The translations under genes and the position numbers were made by a program. Source: a virus. Taken from it: DNA of 60,134 nucleotides. The notes beneath the pieces are model-generated. The model had not been told where the DNA came from. It worked only from the letters and a program-made list of their open reading frames with translations, and made no database searches. Shown here piece by piece: positions 1-7,526 of this stretch. The stretch is from the IMG/VR virus record IMGVR_UViG_3300027365_000001, positions 1-60,134 of that record; one strand, 5' to 3'. Position 1 is the stretch's first letter. Each line of letters starts with the position of its first letter.

Positions 1-44
1 GTACTTGCTGAGCCAGCATGAACCTACCTCTACGATCAGTTTCA
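1..44. repeat. 44-bp terminal direct repeat (copy 1; identical to 60091-60134). Overlap of a circular or circularly permuted assembly; unique length 60,090 bp
   Basis: Bases 1-44 (GTACTTGCTGAGCCAGCATGAACCTACCTCTACGATCAGTTTCA) recur exactly as the last 44 bases. A minus-strand ORF reads in frame across the joined ends. Confidence 0.9.
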
Positions 45-213
45 GCTTCACCGCCAGCCGCAGCGCATCGCCGTCGTCTTCGAGCGGATTCCACTCTCGC
101 GGCCCATCGTGGCCGGCGTCCTCGCCAAAGATCAGCGGGCAGTCTGCAAAGCCGGTATCGACTTGATACCCAGCCGCTTTCGCCGCCATCTCCAACAGTT
201 CGCGGTCTTCCAT
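1..213 (-). CDS. conserved phage hypothetical protein, 5' portion. The gene wraps the window ends: 213->1 joined to 60090->59992, 103 aa in total
   Basis: ATG at 213 with GAGG upstream. Translation MEDRELLEMAAKAAGYQVD...EWNPLEDDGDALRLAVKLKLIVEV. High third-position G/C. 213 nt + 99 nt are in frame through the overlap to TGA at 59992-59994. Confidence 0.7.
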   Translation of the reverse strand, partial: MEDRELLEMAAKAAGYQVDTGFADCPLIFGEDAGHDGPREWNPLEDDGDALRLAVKLKLIVEVGSCWLSKY

Positions 214-473
214 ACCTGATGCCTCGGTTGTGTGAATGAGAGCAGACTGATCAGCACTTTCAGCTCGGACCTTGCTATTGATCGAACAACTGATCAGGCT
301 GCCCGCGCAGCATATCCGCCTTTCGTGCCTGCTCGCAAGTATTGCGCGAGACACCGACAGCTATTGCGTGATCTTTACACTTCTATGTGTTGCGCTTCTT
401 CTTCCGGTTAGTCCATAGTCTGCACCGACACGGTAGCGAATACCGGACAGCAACCGACCGAGAGGAATGCACC
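214..473. promoter_or_regulatory. divergent intergenic control region between the leftward gene starting at 213 and the rightward early block starting at 474
   Basis: 260 nt without a credible ORF. Palindrome CTGATCAG occurs at 247-254 and 290-297, embedded in inverted 13-mers GCAGACTGATCAG (242-254) and CTGATCAGGCTGC (290-302). TATTGCG direct repeat at 340-346 and 363-369. I could not place promoters confidently. Confidence 0.4.
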
Positions 474-695
474 ATGACCTACGCAATCCAGCGCACCTAC
501 GGCAAGACCGGCCGCGACTACCTACACGCCTGGGACGAGCAGTACGGCACCAGCTGCATGGGCTCTATCAATCTGGCAATGACCTTCAGCAGCAAGGATG
601 AGGCTGACGCAGCCGCAGCCCGTGCACAGGCCGAGTGCAAGGGCGCCAACGGCGCGCCGGCGACCGGCATCACCTTCGCAGCGGTAGCTATCTAA
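474..695 (+). CDS. hypothetical early protein (73 aa)
   Basis: ATG 474 preceded by GAGAGGAA. Translation MTYAIQRTYGKTGRDYLHAWDEQYG... The track start at 387 only adds an R/F-rich leader with no RBS. Confidence 0.6.
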   Translation: MTYAIQRTYGKTGRDYLHAWDEQYGTSCMGSINLAMTFSSKDEADAAAARAQAECKGANGAPATGITFAAVAI

Positions 696-762
696 CACTA
701 CCCGCCCGGTTCGCCGGGCATCAACCGGCGCACAGCGCCCAATAACCAAGAGGCAAAATCCC

Positions 763-1098
763 ATGAAAACCACCGCCACCATCATCCGCGCCGACGGCAC
801 CGAAGAGCAGCGCGAGCTCGACTGGCCGCACGAGCCTGGCTACCACGCGATCCGCGACCTGGTTAAGCCAGTCCTTGGCGCCGGCCGCTTCCTTGAGCAT
901 GTCGCCGTGCTCCACGAAGGGCAGCGCACCGATATGTTCGTCGACGACAGTGGCCTTCTGGACGGGCTGCCGCGCAACGAGAAGGCCACGGCCATCTACC
1001 GAAACAATGTGCTGACGCATGAGCCAGGCACCGACCCGGAGAGCCTGCCGCATATCGCCGGCACGGCGATCCTGATGTCGCGCCGCGTCTGGTTCTGA
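763..1098 (+). CDS. DUF3846-like phage protein
   Basis: 111 aa. The stretch ...HEGQRTDMFVDDSGLLDGLPRNEKATAIYRNN... resembles the DUF3846 family as I remember it. RBS AGAGG upstream. Confidence 0.65.
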   Translation: MKTTATIIRADGTEEQRELDWPHEPGYHAIRDLVKPVLGAGRFLEHVAVLHEGQRTDMFVDDSGLLDGLPRNEKATAIYRNNVLTHEPGTDPESLPHIAGTAILMSRRVWF

Positions 1099-1158
1099 TG
1101 CCGCCAGCGCCTTCGCCGAGGGCGCTGTCGAGATCAACCAACCACTGAGGCCATCGCC

Positions 1159-1335
1159 ATGAAACGCATCCCGACCTATCGCCAGCGCCTGAGCCATGCG
1201 CTCAACCGCGCCCCGCGCATCACCCTGCACTGCGCCGACATGATCCAGTCCCATCGCATCGAGCAGATCCGCGCCAAGGCTGCCGCCCATGCTGCGCGCA
1301 ATCCTTCGCCGCGCGCCGTCTACCTGCTGGGGTGA
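1159..1335 (+). CDS. small hypothetical protein (58 aa; below the ORF-track cutoff)
   Basis: ATG 1159 with GAGG 9 nt upstream. Translation MKRIPTYRQRLSHALNRAPRITLHCADMIQSHRIEQIRAKAAAHAARNPSPRAVYLLG. It fills the gap between neighbouring genes and its stop abuts the next start. Confidence 0.4.
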   Translation: MKRIPTYRQRLSHALNRAPRITLHCADMIQSHRIEQIRAKAAAHAARNPSPRAVYLLG

Positions 1336-1340
1336 TCGCC

Positions 1341-1562
1341 ATGAACGCAGATCAACGCGCCTGCCTGGTCCAGGCCCTGAAGAAAGTCCGCTGGCCGGAT
1401 AACCCGCGCCAGGCTCAGGTGAATGAGGCCTACGCCATGGGCCTCTACCACTCCGCTCGGTATGCCGGGCAGATCGACCAGGAAACCTACTGGCGCCTCC
1501 AAAGCCTGCTGGCGAACGCCCGGATGAAGAGCTTCCACCACCTGCATAGGAGTCAAGCATGA
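1341..1562 (+). CDS. hypothetical protein (73 aa)
   Basis: ATG 1341 (MNADQRACLVQALKKVRWPDNPRQ...). The track start at 1332 is a GTG overlapping the upstream stop. Confidence 0.55.
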   Translation: MNADQRACLVQALKKVRWPDNPRQAQVNEAYAMGLYHSARYAGQIDQETYWRLQSLLANARMKSFHHLHRSQA

Positions 1563-1747
1563 AGACCCAAGCCATCCGCCTGAACCGTGCCCAGCTCGAG
1601 CAGGAGATCGCCCGCCAGCGCGAAGGCCTGCCCTGCCAGTTCGCGCACCGGCACCCGATCGTCGACGCCATCCTCGGCAGCCTGGTGCTGCTGGTCGGCT
1701 TCGGCGGCATGATCGCCTACTGGATCGCCAAAGGAGCCGGAGCATGA
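1559..1747 (+). CDS. small membrane protein (62 aa, one C-terminal TM segment)
   Basis: ATGA start/stop overlap with the upstream gene and GGAG RBS. Hydrophobic stretch ILGSLVLLVGFGGMIAYWIA. Confidence 0.6.
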   Translation: MKTQAIRLNRAQLEQEIARQREGLPCQFAHRHPIVDAILGSLVLLVGFGGMIAYWIAKGAGA

Positions 1748-2181
1748 ACGACGTGATGCGCAATGCCCAGCTGACCTATGACCACCAGCTGCCGGACGAT
1801 GCGCCGGCCTTCCTCGAAACCGTCGACGGCGCCAACTGGCTCTATGACGCGACAGAGAACCTGGTGAAGGGCGACGACCTGAAGATCGCCGGCCGCACCG
1901 TGCTCGGCACCGACAAGCTGGACGACGCCCTGCAGAAGCATCTGATCGAGCGTCTGGAGCAGGACGACGACAAGCGCCTGGCGCAACTGGTGCTGGCCGT
2001 TATCTCCGGCGACGTGAGCATGGCCCGCGCCAATGCCGTGGCGCTCATGGGCAAGCCGACCCGGCACAGCTGGAGCGAATACACCATCGCGCACGAGCTC
2101 GCCGAAGACCTGGTGCGCCCCTTCGCCGATCTCCGCCTGCAGGAGCTGCGCGACGAAGCCAATGAACCCGTAGACGAGTGA
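1744..2181 (+). CDS. hypothetical protein (145 aa)
   Basis: ATGA overlap with the upstream gene, GGAG RBS and normal-looking acidic sequence. Confidence 0.65.
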   Translation: MNDVMRNAQLTYDHQLPDDAPAFLETVDGANWLYDATENLVKGDDLKIAGRTVLGTDKLDDALQKHLIERLEQDDDKRLAQLVLAVISGDVSMARANAVALMGKPTRHSWSEYTIAHELAEDLVRPFADLRLQELRDEANEPVDE

Positions 2182-2191
2182 GGAACTGACC

Positions 2192-3022
2192 ATGACGAAT
2201 ATCACCCATCCGGCCCTGCTGCAGGCCGAGAACGAGAAGCTGCGCGGGCTGCTGAGCACCGCATGGCGGCTCAGGCCCGATCACGACTATCACGAAGCTA
2301 ACCTGCAAGCCGAGCAGAAGGCGTGGGAAGTTGAGGTCGCAGCAGTGCTGAACGCAGCGGACGCCCTATCCCAGCAGGCCGATCATGTTCGTGACGCCGC
2401 GCAGATGATGGTGCCCTCGAAGATTCTCAAGGCTATCGCATGGGGCGACCGAGACGATGCAGCGAAGGCCATAGGAAGCCTTCGCTGCCTACTTGCTGAC
2501 CCTGAAGGTGAAGACGAAATAGCATTCCCGGACAGCCCGGAGCCAACCGACACCTACACCGCCGTCGACATGGCCACAGCCGCAGCGCAGGGGTTCAGGG
2601 ATGGGCAGGCGGCAGTAGAGCCAGCCCAGGCGCAGGATGAGCGGGAGGCTTTCAACGACGAATACGACCGCATCTGCAACCGCCCGCTGACCATGCGGGA
2701 AATCGCGTGGCGTATGTGGCAGGCCCGAGCCAACCGCCCCGCGCAGACCGAGCAGCAGCCTGCATACGTTGAGTGCCGCGAGTGCACGGACTGCGGTCAT
2801 GTCGGCATTAACGACGCTCACCAGACAGACGCGACGTGCGCGATGTGTGACTGGAGCGGGCCGAGCCCGGTTGAGGATCAGTGCCCTGACTGCGGCACAG
2901 AGAACGTGATGGGAGCGGCCTGCCCTAAATGCAGCGGCCGCTATCGGATTCTGGCCGAGACACACGTTGCCGCCCCCGTCGCGCAGACCGCCCTGCCCAC
3001 CCAAGGAGCCGTCGAGCAATGA
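2192..3022 (+). CDS. hypothetical protein with C-terminal multi-CxxC zinc-ribbon region
   Basis: 276 aa. C-terminus CRECTDCGH...CAMCDW...CPDCG...CPKCSG. RBS GAGGAA. Confidence 0.7.
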   Translation: MTNITHPALLQAENEKLRGLLSTAWRLRPDHDYHEANLQAEQKAWEVEVAAVLNAADALSQQADHVRDAAQMMVPSKILKAIAWGDRDDAAKAIGSLRCLLADPEGEDEIAFPDSPEPTDTYTAVDMATAAAQGFRDGQAAVEPAQAQDEREAFNDEYDRICNRPLTMREIAWRMWQARANRPAQTEQQPAYVECRECTDCGHVGINDAHQTDATCAMCDWSGPSPVEDQCPDCGTENVMGAACPKCSGRYRILAETHVAAPVAQTALPTQGAVEQ

Positions 3023-3645
3023 ACGCCCAGGCACAACGCATGGCCGAGCTCGAGCACAGCCTGCAGGTGGCGCTCGAGCAGGCCAGGAGCTACCAGCGCA
3101 TTGCCCTGCGTGCGAAGCGAGAGGTTGAATCGCTGCAGGCGGAGTGCCAGTCATTGAGGGATCGCGTGGCCGCCCTGGAGAAGGGCGCGCCTCTCATCAA
3201 GGTGACCACCAAGGCGGCGGCCTACACCGCCAGCACCGGCGAGACAGTCCTTGCCGCGTGCCGGAGGATGCACGCCGAGGGTATTGGCATCGAGGCGGCG
3301 GCGCGCGAGATCGGATTCGGCTGCTCGACCGACATGCGCAAGTATTTCACCCGGCGCGGCCTGGAATGCCCATGGCCGCAAAGTGACAAGCACGCCAACC
3401 TGTTTTCCAGAAAGATCACCAACCGCGACATGGAGAGATTTGCCAAGCTGAGGGACAGCGGAGTTCCGACCGACGTTGCCGCCGAGCGCATCGGCTACTC
3501 GCTGCAGGGCATCCAGGAGGCGATCCGAAACAGGCGCCCCGACCTGAAGGGCCGGGGTAAGCGGGCAAACAGCCGAGGAAAGAACGCTCAGCCCTGTTCC
3601 ACGGTCACCGAGACCCTTGCGGTGAGTGCCGCCACCGGTTCGTGA
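3019..3645 (+). CDS. hypothetical coiled-coil protein with two HTH-like segments
   Basis: ATG 3019 overlaps the upstream TGA (ATGA). Translation MNAQAQRMAELEHSLQ... with a heptad-like N-terminus. AAREIGFGCSTDMRKYF and AAERIGYSLQGIQEAI look like HTH recognition units. Confidence 0.65.
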   Translation: MNAQAQRMAELEHSLQVALEQARSYQRIALRAKREVESLQAECQSLRDRVAALEKGAPLIKVTTKAAAYTASTGETVLAACRRMHAEGIGIEAAAREIGFGCSTDMRKYFTRRGLECPWPQSDKHANLFSRKITNRDMERFAKLRDSGVPTDVAAERIGYSLQGIQEAIRNRRPDLKGRGKRANSRGKNAQPCSTVTETLAVSAATGS

Positions 3646-3790
3646 TGATCCCCAGCACACACACCGCGCCTACCAGCCACCAGGCGCGGTAGTCTGGCGC
3701 CAGCTGGAAGAAGTTCACCCCGAAAATCTGCGTCAGTCCCGTATACCCTGCCAAGGCGGAGTACCCCGCCGCGTGTTCCTTCAAGCTCAT
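3605..3790 (-). CDS. small membrane protein (61 aa), terminal gene of the leftward block
   Basis: ATG 3790 preceded by GAGGA. Translation MSLKEHAAGYSALAGYTGLTQIFGVNFFQLAPDYRAWWLVGAVCVLGIITNRW... with high GC3. The upstream in-frame extension to 3916 is rich in AGG/AGA codons. It overlaps the convergent gene by 41 nt. Confidence 0.45.
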   Translation of the reverse strand: MSLKEHAAGYSALAGYTGLTQIFGVNFFQLAPDYRAWWLVGAVCVLGIITNRWRHSPQGSR

Positions 3791-4027
3791 TCTCACGTCC
3801 TCGATCATTCTCAGCTGGTCGAACCCTGTTCCTCCGGCTGAGTTCCGTGATCGCAGGCACCTATCTTCGCGCCTGATGAACGATCTCAGAAAAGACGATG
3901 CGTGGTATAGCCTCATGGTTTTCTCGCTTCCTGGCGCAAAATAGACGCCATGGCGTGTTGGTTGTCCGGCGGGCGCAAATCCCTATGCGCCGCAGGATAA
4001 CACCAGGATGGCGACGAACGGCAGGGG

Positions 4028-4702
4028 CTACTTAGTTGCAGCGACCTTCGGCAGGAGCGCCGATATTGGCTGACCGACCAGTTCCTCGCTGTTCTTGACC
4101 TGCGTGACCCGCAATGTCGGACCCTGGCTGCCGAGCCTCGCCACTTCGCGCGCCTTGGCCTGGTCTCCGATCAGCTGCACTGGATCGTGCCCGCGGTGCC
4201 CGTTCTTTCCGTTCACAGCTTCGCTCTCGCCGATCAGATAGGCCGGATACTCCGTCACTCCGCCAGCGAGCGCATAGGCCCGATACCGCTTGATGAACTC
4301 CAGGCTTGCGAACTCCAGGTCCTTGTTCGATGGCAGGGAGGCCAGCTTGCGCCAGCCGCCCATTTCATCGATCACGCGATGGATGATCGGATCATCGAAA
4401 GCGACGGACTGGTAGTGACCGACCATGCGGATAGCCTTATCGACCTTCGACCAGGTGACCATGGCTCGGTCGCCGGTGGCGCCATCGATCATCCGGATGA
4501 TGTCGGCAGGCTTCGGCGGGAACTGCCCGGCATCAGGGTTCTTGATCCAGGCGCCGAAGGCCTTGCGCACGGCAGGCATGTCGTACTCGATCAGGGCGGA
4601 CCAGTAGAGCTGCATGACTGGCTTGGTCACCTCTCGACCATAGACCGCCATGGTGGCTTCCATGATGGTGGCGAACTCGCGCTTGTCATCAGGATCGATC
4701 AT
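4028..4702 (-). CDS. replication-associated protein (possible helicase-loader-like partner of the initiator); function uncertain
   Basis: 224 aa, ATGA-coupled to the initiator gene upstream. Function is assigned by position only. Confidence 0.7.
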   Translation of the reverse strand: MIDPDDKREFATIMEATMAVYGREVTKPVMQLYWSALIEYDMPAVRKAFGAWIKNPDAGQFPPKPADIIRMIDGATGDRAMVTWSKVDKAIRMVGHYQSVAFDDPIIHRVIDEMGGWRKLASLPSNKDLEFASLEFIKRYRAYALAGGVTEYPAYLIGESEAVNGKNGHRGHDPVQLIGDQAKAREVARLGSQGPTLRVTQVKNSEELVGQPISALLPKVAATK

Positions 4703-5454
4703 TGCCAGTTCCCTCCGTTCACGAACTCTTCTGCCGCCTGGCGATTGCGCTCTTCGATGGCAGCCTGACGGCTGGTCCCGCCCGTTCGACCATTGCTCGC
4801 ACCAGCAGTTCGGTTGATCAGCCAGGCGGCCTTCAGCCCCTGCCAGCCAGCAGCCATAGCTTCAGCCAGCGCATCATCCACCGACCACCCTGCAGCCGCG
4901 GCGATGGTCAACTCTTTCGCCAGTATGTTGATCACGGTCTGCGTGACCGACGCGCGCTTGTCCTTGCGATGCTTCAGGTAGTCAGCCCAGACCTGCTCGC
5001 TAGGCTGCTCTGGGAACCCTGAAAGGTCGAGCTGCGCAGCGGCGCGTTTACTGTTCCCTGTATTATTCTTAGTTGTATTACTCCCCTTCGCCTTTTCCGA
5101 AGGGGGTTCATCGCCTTTTCCGAAGGGGTTCGCGGCATTTTCCGAAGGGGTATTCGGTTTTCCGAAGGGGTCTTTCAGGCGGATGCGCCGCTCGACAATC
5201 CGCTTTCCTTCACGGATCTGCTCGATCTCGACCAGGCCCTTTGCGGCCAGTGCGCTGATGATCTCCGAAACCCTTGAGATGGACAGGCCGAAGAACTCGG
5301 CGAAGTGCGCGTTGCTGGCGTAGCAGCCGCGCTCGTCGTCCTGCAGGCTGCCAATTTCAACCAGCATGACCTTCTCGGTGATGGATAATCCGCGATCCAG
5401 CCATATGTCAGCCGGAATCCAGACGCCCTGGAACTTGCGTGGAGTGGCGGTCAT
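4699..5454 (-). CDS. replication initiator / replisome organizer (winged-helix N-terminus, DnaT-like C-terminus; lambda O analogue)
   Basis: ATG 5454 overlaps the TGA of the upstream methyltransferase. Translation MTATPRKFQGVWIPADIWLDRGLSITEKVMLVEIGSLQDDERGCYASNAHFAEFFGLSISRVSEIISALAAKGLV... The gene contains four iterons. The track start at 5595 only adds G/R-rich sequence. Confidence 0.8.
   Translation of the reverse strand: MTATPRKFQGVWIPADIWLDRGLSITEKVMLVEIGSLQDDERGCYASNAHFAEFFGLSISRVSEIISALAAKGLVEIEQIREGKRIVERRIRLKDPFGKPNTPSENAANPFGKGDEPPSEKAKGSNTTKNNTGNSKRAAAQLDLSGFPEQPSEQVWADYLKHRKDKRASVTQTVINILAKELTIAAAAGWSVDDALAEAMAAGWQGLKAAWLINRTAGASNGRTGGTSRQAAIEERNRQAAEEFVNGGNWQ
5051..5170. repeat. 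putative origin of replication: AT-rich tract plus four 13-bp iterons TTTTCCGAAGGGG inside the initiator gene
   Basis: Exact copies at 5093-5105, 5116-5128, 5138-5150 and 5158-5170, spaced 20-23 bp. An inverted partial copy CCCCTTCG lies at 5083-5090. The tract 5051-5082 (CTGTTCCCTGTATTATTCTTAGTTGTATTACT) is locally AT-rich. This matches the lambda ori-within-O arrangement. Confidence 0.65.
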
Positions 5455-7526
5455 TGCAGCACCTCCACGGCACGCTGAACGCGCTCCCCCACCCAGCGAG
5501 CGACAGGGACCGCCCAGCTGTTGCCGATGGCCTTGTAGCGCGGTCCATCCGGGCATTCGTCGGCTGGCTTGCCCCGCCATGGGATCAGGGTCCACCCGGC
5601 GACCGTTTCAATGCTTATTTCGAATGAACTGCCGCTCTGTATTTGCCCTGGAATGCACGAACAGATGACAGCCGCGACACAGGAGAACAAGGTTTTCCGG
5701 CTCAAGTCGTAGCTCTGGGAACTTTGCTCGACTGCCGATGTGGTGAACTTCAAACAATCGCGCAGGTCTCTTGTGAACCTCTCCGCATCGTTGACAAGTT
5801 CCGCGATCTCGCGCCCAGACAATTGCGCACGCACGTTTCCACTCTGCCGATGAGTAGAACAGATCGTGCTCTGCTGTTCTGCCTCCCCTCCAGCGTGGGT
5901 GGCGATCTCCTCGAACATGTGCATCCTTGCAATCAACTGAGCAAAATCTGCGCGACTGATAGGAAGGTGACACCATTCGCTCTGCTCCGCAGTGCTCACA
6001 GACAAGAGCAACTTTCCTGCACTGTGTATCTGAAGATGCTGCCGCTCTGAGTCGATCAGCACACTCACGAGAACATGTTCGCTTGAGCTTTCCAGGTCTG
6101 CACTCAAACTCCTTTCTGCAGTGCTCGCACAGGACAGAAACTCGCTTTCTTCGGCATGCAAGGCATTGCTTTGCGACCTGAGACTTTTTGCTTCCGCACG
6201 CGCATAGCTCTTTTGATGGCCTGAACATTCATCGGCGCCCCCATCGAATGACACCGACATTGTGAATGTTTTCCTAATCTCAGGAAATCCCTGTAGCCGC
6301 TCGCATTCGATAGGGGTCAGGCGGCGGACGGCTGAGCCCTGAAGCACGCCGTTATGGCGACGAGGACCGTTATTGGCATCCAGGGTGGCATGTGCTTCAC
6401 CGAGCCGAACGCCCGACTGGCTGGACTGGAAAGCAGCAACGATCGGCTGCCCGCGCCCAGTGCCGTCTTCGCTTGCGTCGAAGCCTTCAGCCTTCAACGT
6501 GTGGGCGATGTCGCCCGTGACGCAGACGGCGTTCTCGCCGCCGCTATTCCGGCCAAGCGCGAACGCAGTGCTGGTACTGACGCACGGGTCTTGCGTGCCG
6601 TGCACCACCAGCAGGCCGCTTTCCTCATCCTGCTGTGTGGCGCTGCCGGCTGCTTTGCCGTTGGCCTGGAGCGTGCCGGCCACCACAAAAGTCTCGCTCT
6701 CGAAGTCGCCGTGACCTGTTCCGCCCTTTGCTCGGCAGGCGGTTGCAACGTCGATTGGGCCGGCCTGATTGTTCCCGCCGAAAGCGATCAGGTGTCCTGC
6801 CCGGGCGTGGTCGACATCACTGCCGCCTTGAGTGCTTCGGAGAGTGCCGGCGGCAGCGTCTTGCCCCTCGCCTCGGCGCGGCGGAGTATCCCGGCGCACG
6901 CCGTCGCGCTCAAAAAGTACCGATGCGGGATCGAACCCTTCTCGAGCACTTGCCACAACGAACACACGGCGGCGCCGTTGGGCCAGGCCGAAATATTGGG
7001 CGTCAAGAATCCTCCACGCGACTGCTCTTTTGGGTCCATACACACAACCAGCGTCCGTCCACCGCTTCCCTGAAGGCTGCAGTTCGCAGTCTTCCCCAGC
7101 AAGCGCGCCAAGAAAGCATCCGAAGGCGTTCCCTTTGTCGGATAGGACGCCGGGGACGTTTTCCCAGATGACGATGGAAGCGGCTTCGCCACGGCTGTTT
7201 CGAACATGATCAATTGCATCAGCAAGCTCCACGAATTTTATGGTCAGTTCGCCGCGCGGGTCGTTCAGGCCTTCACGCATGCCGGCGACGGAAAATGCCT
7301 GGCAAGGTGTTCCGCCAGTCAAAATATCTGGTGCCGCAATCGAACCAGTCAGGACACTCTTAGAAAGCGCAGTCATGTCGCCTAGGTTCTCCACTTCAGG
7401 GAAACGGTGCGCCAGTACAGCGCTTGGGAATGGCTCTATCTCGGCGAACCATGCGGCCTTCCAGCCGATAGGTTCCCATGCCACGCTCGCAGCTTCGATG
7501 CCGCTGCATACGCTGCCGAACTTCAC
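5451..7526 (-). CDS. DNA (cytosine-5) methyltransferase carrying a 227-codon in-frame insertion between motifs IX and X
   Basis: GTG start at 7526 overlaps the Dam stop. Motif I is GSVCSGIEA, motif IV GGTPCQAFS, motif VI VIWENVPG, motif VIII QRRRRVF and motif IX RRLTPIECERLQGFPE. About 227 aa of S-rich sequence follow, then GWTLIPW...PDGPRYKAIGNSWAVPV (motif X). Confidence 0.85.
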   Translation of the reverse strand: MKFGSVCSGIEAASVAWEPIGWKAAWFAEIEPFPSAVLAHRFPEVENLGDMTALSKSVLTGSIAAPDILTGGTPCQAFSVAGMREGLNDPRGELTIKFVELADAIDHVRNSRGEAASIVIWENVPGVLSDKGNAFGCFLGALAGEDCELQPSGKRWTDAGCVYGPKRAVAWRILDAQYFGLAQRRRRVFVVASAREGFDPASVLFERDGVRRDTPPRRGEGQDAAAGTLRSTQGGSDVDHARAGHLIAFGGNNQAGPIDVATACRAKGGTGHGDFESETFVVAGTLQANGKAAGSATQQDEESGLLVVHGTQDPCVSTSTAFALGRNSGGENAVCVTGDIAHTLKAEGFDASEDGTGRGQPIVAAFQSSQSGVRLGEAHATLDANNGPRRHNGVLQGSAVRRLTPIECERLQGFPEIRKTFTMSVSFDGGADECSGHQKSYARAEAKSLRSQSNALHAEESEFLSCASTAERSLSADLESSSEHVLVSVLIDSERQHLQIHSAGKLLLSVSTAEQSEWCHLPISRADFAQLIARMHMFEEIATHAGGEAEQQSTICSTHRQSGNVRAQLSGREIAELVNDAERFTRDLRDCLKFTTSAVEQSSQSYDLSRKTLFSCVAAVICSCIPGQIQSGSSFEISIETVAGWTLIPWRGKPADECPDGPRYKAIGNSWAVPVARWVGERVQRAVEVLQ
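5608..6228 (-). CDS. HNH endonuclease (206 aa) nested in an alternative frame inside the methyltransferase insertion
   Basis: Several CxxC pairs (CACG..CLAC, CEHC..CSREC, CEHCG..CSVDC). HNH core reads CQRCGEVHKRPARLFEVHHIGSRAKFPELRLEPENLVLLCRGCHLFVH. Local G+C is clearly lower than in the flanks. Confidence 0.8.
   Translation of the reverse strand: MFRPSKELCACGSKKSQVAKQCLACRRKRVSVLCEHCRKEFECRPGKLKRTCSRECADRLRAAASSDTQCRKVALVCEHCGAERMVSPSYQSRRFCSVDCKDAHVRGDRHPRWRGGRTAEHDLFYSSAEWKRACAIVWARDRGTCQRCGEVHKRPARLFEVHHIGSRAKFPELRLEPENLVLLCRGCHLFVHSRANTERQFIRNKH

Noticed and set aside
18-239. Plus-strand 73-aa ORF at the left end
   Set aside because: It is antisense to the better-supported wrap-around gene, and its translation is R/P/S/A-rich.
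3791-4027. Possible terminator or small gene in the gap upstream of the 61-aa membrane ORF (hairpin GGCGCA-N8-TGCGCC at ~3971-3990, palindrome ACGCCATGGCGT)
   Set aside because: The stems are short, no convincing U-tract follows on the transcribed strand, and the in-frame extension to 3916 is rich in rare AGG/AGA codons.
5598-6278. Group I or II intron, or intein, as the explanation for the methyltransferase insertion
   Set aside because: Only about 60 nt of the insert lie outside the HNH ORF, too little for a ribozyme core. The insert translation lacks intein N- and C-terminal residues and blocks. This is kept as an open question in the findings rather than called.
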